The notes under the pieces are model-generated. The model did not search any database. It had not been told where the DNA came from and saw only the letters and a program-made list of their open reading frames with translations. Positions 9,403 to 17,897 of a DNA stretch of 64,000 nucleotides are shown here, one piece after another. Position 1 is the stretch's first letter. Every line of letters starts with the position of its first letter. Source of the DNA: a virus (lineage: Duplodnaviria > Caudoviricetes); the IMG/VR virus record IMGVR_UViG_3300046318_000318, one strand, 5' to 3'. A program made the position numbers and the translations under genes.

Positions 9403-10794
9403 TCACTTAACTAAATTAACGTAACATTTTGCCAGACCATTTAATATTTCTATTATCTTTCTCAGTTCACTGACAAGTAGTGTATTCATTTTTATCCCTA
9501 TAGTTAACCCAGATAATCTTTCATGCAAAGCTTCTTTCAGCGCTGTTGTTTCCCCGTTGTTATCTTGGAAACGATCTTCTTTTAGCAATGATTCTATTTC
9601 CTTTTGCTGTCTTTTAAGTCCTGTTGAGAATTTCACACCATCTATTTTTAAACCCTTACTAAATTCTCTTAAATGACTTACTGCATCTTTAAACGAGTTG
9701 CTATTAGAGTCAACTGAAAAATGTTGAAAATCGCTAAAATTGACACTTAGTTTAGATATGTTAGCAAGACCGATTGGAGTTATTTCTAATGTTGTCTGTG
9801 CGGTGTTGTTATCTTTTTCAGTAATGTTAAAGTTACAATTATGAAATACTGAGCTGAAGCTGGCGCCTGTTTCAGTACGATGAAAATCCGGTAGTTTACT
9901 TAGTTCGTCAGTAATACCTATATTAATATCTCGTTCACTGTCAACCGATATATCTTGAATCTTGAAGCTGTCGTACACAACACAAATAGTACCCACAGCT
10001 GTCTGAAGTTTCGCGTATTTTTCTAAAGCGGTCGTTACAGAATCTTTCACATTGTATGTTATTCCTAATTTTTTCATTAGGTTGGTATAGACAGCATATT
10101 GTTTCGATATAACACCAGTGTCATTTCCGTTAACATCATGTCCTTCTTTAGGACCACCGTTAACCAAATCTACAGTAGTCAGCGGTCCGGCTTCGGCTCG
10201 CTTTTTATTCATAGCTTCAGTTTGTCTTTTCATCTCAGGGGCTTCAAGCTCCATTTGCTGACGACAGCGGTCTACAGCTTCTTGATCTATTTCTTTTATC
10301 TCCTGAGTGGTATTTTCCACCTCTTCTATTTTTCTCTCTATTACAGCTATAGAAGAACCACCACCGCCACCACCGGACGACCCACCACCGAATAAATTAC
10401 TCATCCAGTCTATCATTCGTTTTATGGCTGAGATAATAGCGTCCCAGATGGATTTTAGAAAACTACCGATACCTTCAACCGCATAATTAATACCCCCATT
10501 TATGTTTTCAAGTGCAAAATAACTAGGTTTATAATCCATACCCTGGCGTTGACAAATACTCCCAACTGTTATTCCAATTTGCTCTAAACCAAATTTGTCG
10601 ATATTTTGCTTTTCAACTAAATGAGATAACCTCATAAGCGTATTTGCGTCTTCTACCGCGACATCCACCATGGTAGACAGAGTTTGAATATTCTGAATAT
10701 CGCTATTTACATTCTCTTCTTCAATTAACTGTTCTATAGCTAGTTGGAAATCAGATTTATTATGGACAAACAAAGTGTTAAATGACTTATTCAT
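9403..10794 (-). CDS. Virion head/ejection protein, gp93-like family paralog
   Basis: 463 aa; ALE and AVE|GIG motifs, FLKSIWDAIISAIKRMIDWMSNLF and poly-Gly, closely matching the 7914 gene. Confidence 0.75.
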   Translation of the reverse strand: MNKSFNTLFVHNKSDFQLAIEQLIEEENVNSDIQNIQTLSTMVDVAVEDANTLMRLSHLVEKQNIDKFGLEQIGITVGSICQRQGMDYKPSYFALENINGGINYAVEGIGSFLKSIWDAIISAIKRMIDWMSNLFGGGSSGGGGGGSSIAVIERKIEEVENTTQEIKEIDQEAVDRCRQQMELEAPEMKRQTEAMNKKRAEAGPLTTVDLVNGGPKEGHDVNGNDTGVISKQYAVYTNLMKKLGITYNVKDSVTTALEKYAKLQTAVGTICVVYDSFKIQDISVDSERDINIGITDELSKLPDFHRTETGASFSSVFHNCNFNITEKDNNTAQTTLEITPIGLANISKLSVNFSDFQHFSVDSNSNSFKDAVSHLREFSKGLKIDGVKFSTGLKRQQKEIESLLKEDRFQDNNGETTALKEALHERLSGLTIGIKMNTLLVSELRKIIEILNGLAKCYVNLVK

Positions 10795-10819
10795 GATTTT
10801 GTATAAAAAAGTTTAGGAA

Positions 10820-10853
10820 ATAAAGAGTTAGACCCAAGGGTCTAACTCTTTAT
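10820..10853. terminator. Terminator hairpin
   Basis: ataaagagttagaccc-aa-gggtctaactctttat downstream of the 10868 stop. Confidence 0.7.
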
Positions 10854-10867
10854 ATTTTTATAAAGAC

Positions 10868-12250
10868 TTAAGCGTCTTTATACTGAGCCATAGATTGAGC
10901 GCAATAGCTCAAAGCCTCTTTACCGGCCTTAACGTTCCATGCAGGCGTTTGTGTATAAACACGAGTCAGGGTAGCGTTCAGTCCGTTGAACAAGTCACGA
11001 ATGTCACCAGTAGCTTTTTTAGCATCGTAATGCTCTTTGGTAGCCGTGGCATCAGCATCACTCTTAAGTTGGTTGACAACATCGGCTCTGCTAATTGCTA
11101 CGTCAACAGTTTTACTCAGTTGTGTGGAAAGTTTTTCAATATCGGCTTTCTTTTTACCAAAACTGATAGTCTCGTCCATCAACTTAATGACGCTATCACA
11201 AATATTGAAAATACCACTGCTGTCTAAAGTCTTGACAGTTTTCTCACCCTGAGATTCAACAGGTCGGGTAGCAAACTCAACAGTAAAAGACGCCACGTCA
11301 ACATTATTGTTTTTGGTGGTAGATTTGATAAAGTTAAGTGTGGCACCACCCACGTAACCACCCACGGAAGACACTTCCACAAGTTTCTTATCGTTAGATG
11401 CTTTATTGTCTTTTGTGTAAGCGACAGTGTGTTCACCAGCTTTCATGATGCCGCCTACGTACGCTTCAGCAGCTTTAGACGCGTTCTCAACCTTGTCACC
11501 GGTCGCACTGCCTTGTGCTGTGATGGCGACTTCGAGAGTACTGATGTTTTTATACGCATCAGCGCTACTATCGCTAACAGATTTCGTCAGCTTAAAATGA
11601 TTTTCAAGAACTGTTGTCACGCTATTGTCTGCTATTTTACCACCTTGTGCAAAGGCAGCGAAAACAGACTTTGAGGTAAAAGTGTCTTTTTCTTTACGCT
11701 TACTACCCATTTTGGAAGCTTTTTCCTTCATAGCTTCAGCAGCTTTTTTAACTTTCTCAGCATTCACGAAAAAGCGAGAGAAGAAGTCTTTGATTTTCGT
11801 CCAGGTATTCTTGACGAATTTCTTGATGGCTTCCCAGATACGCTTGATGGTGTCGGTGAAACCGTTTTCCAGAGCGACTTTGGTGGCAGCCAGACGGGTG
11901 TTGCTGGAACCGAAAGATTCGGTAGCAGGCATCAGACGATGTGCGTGTGGGATACCCAGGCGGTTGCAGATCGACTCAACGACCACTTGAGCCACTTGAG
12001 CGGTGGTCTCGTCCATACCTTGACCAGACTGAACAGTCTGAGCCACCACGTCCTGAACTTTTTCCAGGGTTTCAGCATCAGCAGCAGCAGCGACGGTGTC
12101 GTCAGCAGCTTGTGCGATTTCTTGTGCTTCGGTAGCCACTTCTTGAGCAGCGTCCGTTGCCTCAGCCATGGCTTGTGCGACGCCTTCGTCGGTACCAACC
12201 ACTTGAGACACTTCATCGTTTTCCATTGCGAAAACTAAACCTTTAGCCAT
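10868..12250 (-). CDS. Major inner-head/ejection protein (phiKZ gp93 / SPN3US gp53-54 family)
   Basis: Start moved to ATG 12250 (GGAG RBS; MAKGLVFAMEND); Ala/Glu propeptide, ATESFG...VALE|NG motif, then amphipathic IKRIWEAIKKF helix. Confidence 0.85.
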   Translation of the reverse strand: MAKGLVFAMENDEVSQVVGTDEGVAQAMAEATDAAQEVATEAQEIAQAADDTVAAAADAETLEKVQDVVAQTVQSGQGMDETTAQVAQVVVESICNRLGIPHAHRLMPATESFGSSNTRLAATKVALENGFTDTIKRIWEAIKKFVKNTWTKIKDFFSRFFVNAEKVKKAAEAMKEKASKMGSKRKEKDTFTSKSVFAAFAQGGKIADNSVTTVLENHFKLTKSVSDSSADAYKNISTLEVAITAQGSATGDKVENASKAAEAYVGGIMKAGEHTVAYTKDNKASNDKKLVEVSSVGGYVGGATLNFIKSTTKNNNVDVASFTVEFATRPVESQGEKTVKTLDSSGIFNICDSVIKLMDETISFGKKKADIEKLSTQLSKTVDVAISRADVVNQLKSDADATATKEHYDAKKATGDIRDLFNGLNATLTRVYTQTPAWNVKAGKEALSYCAQSMAQYKDA

Positions 12251-12355
12251 TTTGAGCACTCCAAAATTAAAATTTAACAAACGTTTGTCGGCTAACTTAA
12301 CAAATAAAGCATAGATCTTTATCTGCTCTATCACCAGCCATGTAATAGATAAAAA

Positions 12356-13852
12356 TCACTGAAGGTGCGTCAGATTGTCTTGAGCGAACTTAATATTTGC
12401 TTTCAAAACTCTAACAGCAAAATCATGGATATCCATACTGCCCTTGATATAAACCTTTTCAGCGAAGATGGTCTTAACGTAAATTAGCTCTATGAGACTT
12501 GTCTTTACGTCCAACTTATTAGAAGAGTGGAAGATTTGATTTAGATAAGCTTTGAAGCTATACCTTAATTTCATCTTGCTGCTCATAAGCTGTTCAAACA
12601 ACTTCTTATGTTCTATACAAGCCAGCATCAGTTTATTCAATTCTTCTAAGTAAGCTTTTAACTCACTCTTAGAAAGATAAGCTATGCTATTAACATGCTT
12701 ATAACTGCTGGTGTCTGCAACCAAAGCTGCATAACTATGCTGGTATGCTTTTACATAAGCATCTTCATCTGCTATACCGTTAACAGGCACCACGAGCATT
12801 AACTTGACATCGCCAGGTAGAATTGCATCGCTTATTAAGCTATGTGTGTTCTCTGGTATGTCTGTATAACCCTCTAGGTTACCTGGCTTCACTATAGATC
12901 CAAGTTCATTCAGCTTCAATATATTAGAAGGTTTTGCATTTACAGTACCAAGATCTTGTTGTACAAAGTTCATGGTCTGTGTGAAATCATCTAAAGAAGA
13001 CTTCACCAAAACACTCATTGTGTTGTTCATGAAAGAAGAAAAAGCTTTGTTGTTTGCTTTTAAATCTACTGAACTTCCTATCTTAAGCTGATCTATGACT
13101 TTGGCTGAGGTGTAACTTCCTTCGGCTTTGTCTTTTTTAACGCTATCCAGGCTTTTATGCAAAGCCACAAGTTGGTGTTGTAGATCTTCATAGCTATCAA
13201 ACCTTCTGCTAATATAGTCTTTAAGATCACCCATGCTGTTAAACAGAAACTTTACCAAATGCACCGCAGTGAATAACACGGCTGACCCCACATTCTTAAG
13301 CACGACCAAGCCGTACTTAAGTCCTAACATACCGAACCATTTCATGAAGTCAAGCGTCTTACTGCCTAACTCCTGATCGTCCATGTATTCTTTAGCGATC
13401 TGAGCTTTAGGTAAGACATAGGCTTCAGAAGCCACTTGAGCTTTCTGAGGCGTGCTAACAGGCTCTTCTGTGTCCTGAGCTTTGTCTTTATCTTTACCGT
13501 CTTCAGACTTATCCTTTTCACCATCCTGAGTTTTCTGAGTCTTCTCAGGTTCTTGAGCTTTCTGACTTTCGTCACCAGCGTCTTGGCCAGCTGGCTCCTG
13601 TGCAGACTGACCAGTCTGAGCAGAACCATCTTGACTACCAGCATCCTGAGCATTAGCGTCTTGTGATCCTGTATCCTGCGTTGGTTGTGCAGTCTGTCCT
13701 GCATCAGGCTCTTCAGCAGCCTGTTGAGCTTTAGAGGATTCTTCTATGTCGAAAGCCAGCAAATGAGAAGAACTGGTCTTGCGGGCCAGTTCTTCTTGTT
13801 TTTCTAGTTCGTCGACAGCAAGTTCCTCTATGACGTATTTGAATTGTGTCAT
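12356..13852 (-). CDS. Virion head protein (phiKZ gp92-like) with low-complexity acidic propeptide
   Basis: 498 aa; QDAGSQD-type repeats, ASE motif, KIGSSVD motif; synteny. Confidence 0.65.
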   Translation of the reverse strand: MTQFKYVIEELAVDELEKQEELARKTSSSHLLAFDIEESSKAQQAAEEPDAGQTAQPTQDTGSQDANAQDAGSQDGSAQTGQSAQEPAGQDAGDESQKAQEPEKTQKTQDGEKDKSEDGKDKDKAQDTEEPVSTPQKAQVASEAYVLPKAQIAKEYMDDQELGSKTLDFMKWFGMLGLKYGLVVLKNVGSAVLFTAVHLVKFLFNSMGDLKDYISRRFDSYEDLQHQLVALHKSLDSVKKDKAEGSYTSAKVIDQLKIGSSVDLKANNKAFSSFMNNTMSVLVKSSLDDFTQTMNFVQQDLGTVNAKPSNILKLNELGSIVKPGNLEGYTDIPENTHSLISDAILPGDVKLMLVVPVNGIADEDAYVKAYQHSYAALVADTSSYKHVNSIAYLSKSELKAYLEELNKLMLACIEHKKLFEQLMSSKMKLRYSFKAYLNQIFHSSNKLDVKTSLIELIYVKTIFAEKVYIKGSMDIHDFAVRVLKANIKFAQDNLTHLQ

Positions 13853-13864
13853 AGAGCCTCTTTC

Positions 13865-14509
13865 TTAATAACCACGGATATTGTTAGACACATCCACGAT
13901 ATCATATCTGCTACCAAAGATAGTAAACAGAGACAACAACATATCAGCAAATCGTTCAGTATCCCCAGACCAATGCTGCACCAACTCTAAAGTAGTGATG
14001 TTTTCAAGCACTGCTTGATTATGCGTAAAAGCGTTCTTATACTTACCAGCATAAGTATTCTTAAAGTAATAATCAAAGTCAACCAACGTAGCTTTACTAG
14101 CCAAGTTGTTTTCAAGCATACGATGCCATTGAACAGCCTGTATTTTACGCGGCTGTTTGTAAATGGCAAACTCAATAGTCTCAGTTAAGAAAACTGTGTG
14201 TAGTTGAGATATGTTTCCCGATTTATACTGAATATTAATCCAGTCGTAGAAATACATCTTTGGGAATTGTCCAAAAGCAAATTTTAAAACACTCTCGATA
14301 AACTCAGTAGAATTTAACAGCTGTTTATTCTTAGATGCTCTTTTGTAAAAGTTAGTAATCTCTTCACTGTAAAAGAAATCATTTCTGTTTTTCAAATGAT
14401 CTTTATTAAGAGTGAAGTCAACAAAGGGGTCTTTTTCCATTTGGGTTTTGGTCAGACCTTTTTCCCGCATGGCTATAAACCCTGATTGAAGTATGGCGTA
14501 TCGTTCCAT
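13865..14509 (-). CDS. Conserved hypothetical protein (gp91-like by synteny)
   Basis: 214 aa; GAGG RBS; operon position. Confidence 0.7.
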   Translation of the reverse strand: MERYAILQSGFIAMREKGLTKTQMEKDPFVDFTLNKDHLKNRNDFFYSEEITNFYKRASKNKQLLNSTEFIESVLKFAFGQFPKMYFYDWINIQYKSGNISQLHTVFLTETIEFAIYKQPRKIQAVQWHRMLENNLASKATLVDFDYYFKNTYAGKYKNAFTHNQAVLENITTLELVQHWSGDTERFADMLLSLFTIFGSRYDIVDVSNNIRGY

Positions 14510-14518
14510 TTATATACC

Positions 14519-15430
14519 TCAATCTTCGTTAAGATCTTCTTCCACACGCTTCAGTTCGCGTTCGATCTTGTCGATACGACTCTGAAGATATGTGATTTCC
14601 TGTTCCAGTTTAGGGTCGCTTTTGTTCTCAGCTTTTAATTTTAGATGCAGAAGACGAAGTTCAAGGACTTTCTTTTTGTCCTTGTTAGCCTTATAACGAC
14701 CGGCTTGCCATTCAGAGATAGCCAAACGAACATGATAGATAGGGTTGTAATAGAACCCGGACATCATATACCCTGTGCTAAAAGGATCTAAAGTAGATTC
14801 CTTGTAGACGCCAGACACAGACATCTGAGTCTTTTCATTTACAACCACCTCAGGAATCTCTTTGATGACTTTTCTGAACTCATTAGGTTGAACAGCATAC
14901 TCACCCAGAACCTTAGCAAAGCGACTCATGTTGTTTTCGACGTGTTTGATCTTAACAACAGAGAGATCAAAAGCATCGCTGTCTTCAGAAACCACAGCAG
15001 TTTCCTGAACATAAGCATAGTTCAACAGATCGAGCATGTAGCCAGATAAGAAAGAAATGCTTTCAGCAGCTCTGACCATCAAGACTTTACGAGCCGTCAT
15101 GCCATCACGTATAACGTCTTGTTCCATCTCAGCTTCTATAAGAGTAGCCAGATACTTGGTGTTTTCCACCAGGTTAGGCAAACGTCTATAGATATCAGCG
15201 ATAACACTGCTTTGCTTAATAGACTTGTCGTTGATATTTCTATAGAACTCATCAGAGATATCTTTGACTTCAGAAGATTTGACTCTGTTCATCTTAAAGA
15301 ACTCTGTAGCTACAGAGTAATTAGGAACCACAGAGTTCTCGATCTCAGCCAGAGTCACACGCAGATCTTCTATGATCCTATTCTTTTCTAAGCTGGGTAG
15401 AAGACGTTTTGCAAAATCGTACAGTTTCAT
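14519..15430 (-). CDS. Inner head protein (phiKZ gp90-like)
   Basis: 303 aa; NPIYHVR motif and C-terminal coiled coil (KLEQEITYLQSRIDKIE). Confidence 0.75.
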   Translation of the reverse strand: MKLYDFAKRLLPSLEKNRIIEDLRVTLAEIENSVVPNYSVATEFFKMNRVKSSEVKDISDEFYRNINDKSIKQSSVIADIYRRLPNLVENTKYLATLIEAEMEQDVIRDGMTARKVLMVRAAESISFLSGYMLDLLNYAYVQETAVVSEDSDAFDLSVVKIKHVENNMSRFAKVLGEYAVQPNEFRKVIKEIPEVVVNEKTQMSVSGVYKESTLDPFSTGYMMSGFYYNPIYHVRLAISEWQAGRYKANKDKKKVLELRLLHLKLKAENKSDPKLEQEITYLQSRIDKIERELKRVEEDLNED

Positions 15431-15449
15431 TTTTTAACTTTCTTTTGAT

Positions 15450-16598
15450 TTAGAACACAGGAGCATGACCGGTGTTCAACGACTTCAGGATATCCATGAT
15501 GTCAGGACCTTTGTCTTTACCGACAGACTTCAGTTCTTTATAAGACAGATCAGTATAGGACTGGATACCGCGTGTGTAGAAAGTCACACGCTGCCATTCA
15601 CGGTCGATCACCACGATAACCATGGCGTAGGTGTTCTCAAATGCTTGTTCGCGGGTCTTGAAGTTAGTCAGGCGACCGCCTAACTTACCTTCTAGTTCAC
15701 GAGCGATTTCTTCAGTCACCACAAACAGATTAGAAGCAGAAACCAAAGAAGGGTTCTTGGTCAGAAGACCGTACTTCTTAGAGTTATTCACACGACGCAT
15801 GATTTCAAGCATGGTGCCTGTCTCATCACCGATCATAGCGCGTTTGTTCTCATCTATCAAATCTTGACAGAAAATCAAATCACGAATGAAAGAGATGCGG
15901 CCGGATCTCCAAGCATGGAAACGTTCTACGATAGAAGTATCGTCCTTATGCACAGCCAGCAAATGTCCAATCGTGCTATTAGGTACAGCAGAAACCATCA
16001 ATCTGAAGTTAACAGGGATTGTAACCTGACTAGCACAATCATCTTTAACACCTTCAACAGACTTGTTATAGGTGATGCTGATGTTAACCAGCTTGCCCAC
16101 AGACAAGTTAGAGATATCCATGATGACTTCACTGGGGTCTTTACCTTTAGGGCCAGAAGGACCTTTACCACCGTCTTTGTCACCTGGGGCTTCTAAAGCC
16201 AATCGAGTAGAGGTAGGCAAGCTATATTTATAAGACTCTAGAGAAAGAGTAGATAAAGACTCACGAGAGACTTTCTCTTCTAACAGAAAACCTGTCTCAT
16301 CCCGATCTGGGTTGAGCTTATCCAGAATTCTAACTACTTCTACATCGTTCACTGTGGTCAACATGTGTACAGCTTGCAGGTAGTAACCAGCAAACATATT
16401 CAACAAAACATTGTTGACATCAGACATGCATTCAATATTAAGGCAGTCTTTAGATACTATAGTCAATGGCTCCACTCTGGTCAGCCGGGTTGCATCTGAA
16501 AGCGATTTTGTCGTGTAGTAATTTGTGAAGCTGTCTTTGACTGTATTGATCGCTTTAGCGATCGAGGTCAAAGCCGTATTGATAAGACCTAGTTCCAT
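15450..16598 (-). CDS. Inner head protein (phiKZ gp89-like)
   Basis: 382 aa; TRVEPLTIVS, GYYLQA and WRSGRISFIRDLIFCQDLID motifs; SLE/ALE sites. Confidence 0.8.
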   Translation of the reverse strand: MELGLINTALTSIAKAINTVKDSFTNYYTTKSLSDATRLTRVEPLTIVSKDCLNIECMSDVNNVLLNMFAGYYLQAVHMLTTVNDVEVVRILDKLNPDRDETGFLLEEKVSRESLSTLSLESYKYSLPTSTRLALEAPGDKDGGKGPSGPKGKDPSEVIMDISNLSVGKLVNISITYNKSVEGVKDDCASQVTIPVNFRLMVSAVPNSTIGHLLAVHKDDTSIVERFHAWRSGRISFIRDLIFCQDLIDENKRAMIGDETGTMLEIMRRVNNSKKYGLLTKNPSLVSASNLFVVTEEIARELEGKLGGRLTNFKTREQAFENTYAMVIVVIDREWQRVTFYTRGIQSYTDLSYKELKSVGKDKGPDIMDILKSLNTGHAPVF

Positions 16599-16628
16599 GT
16601 TGACTCCGATTTCAGAAAGAATGAAAAA

Positions 16629-17888
16629 ATGGCAAAAACGATTGTTCCGTATACGTTAGATGATTACTTTGCATCTACGCCTATAGGATCTGTGGATAGG
16701 GCGTCTGGTAATAACCTTTTCGGTATCAATCATCAGCAAACACCTGGTGCGGTACCTGCTAATAAAGATACTTTTGGTCTGACTTTTTTCACCAGACCTC
16801 AGTTGAATCTTCAAGCTGATAACTTAAGAAATGAAAGAAGATTCTATTCTTTATTGACTAATCAACCTTTGAGCATACAACGGTATATACGCTGTATGTT
16901 GGATCCCAGAGCGCAATTAGGTCATCAACCCAAGTCTTCAAATAACGTTGAAGCTTTATATCCGCCTATACCATGTCCTTTGGTGGATTCTTCACAGGCG
17001 TTTATACCTGTGCTTACAAACAATTTACTCACATTATCAGGCTGGCCTGATGTGGTAGCTCCTGTCTTTGAATCTGAAAGTGGGATGTATAAAGAATCTT
17101 ACGCTCAGGTTGATGGGCTGTCAAGGAATTACGAGTCATTCGATTTGGACGCTTCCTTTAGAAATACCAGAGGAGATCCTATCCTCTATATGTTCTACAT
17201 ATGGTTACAGTACATGAGTGATGTCTTTGAAGGTAAACTTGTACCTTACATGGACTATCTGGTAGAAAACGTTATTGACTACAACACTAGGATCTACAGA
17301 TTGGTTTTAGATGTCAATAAACAGAAGGTCAAAAAGATAGCCGCCACAGGCGCTTCGTTTCCTGTCTCTGTACCCACAGGCAGTTTCTTTGACTTTAACT
17401 CTGAGACACCTTACTCTGACCAGAATAAGGATATCACGATTCGATTCAGATGTATGGGTGCTGACTATTTAGACGATATACTAATCAAAGAGTTTAACGA
17501 CACAGTCAAGATCTTCAATCCTTCTATGTTTAATAGATACAGAGATCAAGAGATGGTAAGAGTCAGTCAGAAGACTTTACCTTTGTTTAACAACAGAGGT
17601 TACCCAAGGATAGATGAAACCACCTATGACCTAGAGTGGTGGGTCAGTAAAGATATGTATGCTTCTGTGATAACTGGCACACATCCAGATCTTCTGTCCT
17701 TCTATCCTTCAGCATCTGTAGGTAGTGATACTGAAAGAAATGCTGATATAGATGTGCCTATGGATACAGCTGATCAGACTTATCAGGACATAGAGAAAGC
17801 TGCTGGGACAAATAGTCCAGCTATACAAGCTGCTAAAGATGCAGCTACTCAAGCAGCTAAAGATGAATATGACAACACAGGCGAATAA
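16629..17888 (+). CDS. Virion tail/baseplate protein (phiKZ gp88-like; tube-initiator-like)
   Basis: 419 aa; GLTFFTRPQLNL and FRNTRGDPI motifs; divergent from the head genes. Confidence 0.7.
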   Translation: MAKTIVPYTLDDYFASTPIGSVDRASGNNLFGINHQQTPGAVPANKDTFGLTFFTRPQLNLQADNLRNERRFYSLLTNQPLSIQRYIRCMLDPRAQLGHQPKSSNNVEALYPPIPCPLVDSSQAFIPVLTNNLLTLSGWPDVVAPVFESESGMYKESYAQVDGLSRNYESFDLDASFRNTRGDPILYMFYIWLQYMSDVFEGKLVPYMDYLVENVIDYNTRIYRLVLDVNKQKVKKIAATGASFPVSVPTGSFFDFNSETPYSDQNKDITIRFRCMGADYLDDILIKEFNDTVKIFNPSMFNRYRDQEMVRVSQKTLPLFNNRGYPRIDETTYDLEWWVSKDMYASVITGTHPDLLSFYPSASVGSDTERNADIDVPMDTADQTYQDIEKAAGTNSPAIQAAKDAATQAAKDEYDNTGE

Positions 17889-17897
17889 GGAATAAAC

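Noticed and set aside
13560-13740. Short repeats as a CRISPR or VNTR array
   Set aside because: Degenerate, in frame and coding; no repeat-spacer period and no cas genes
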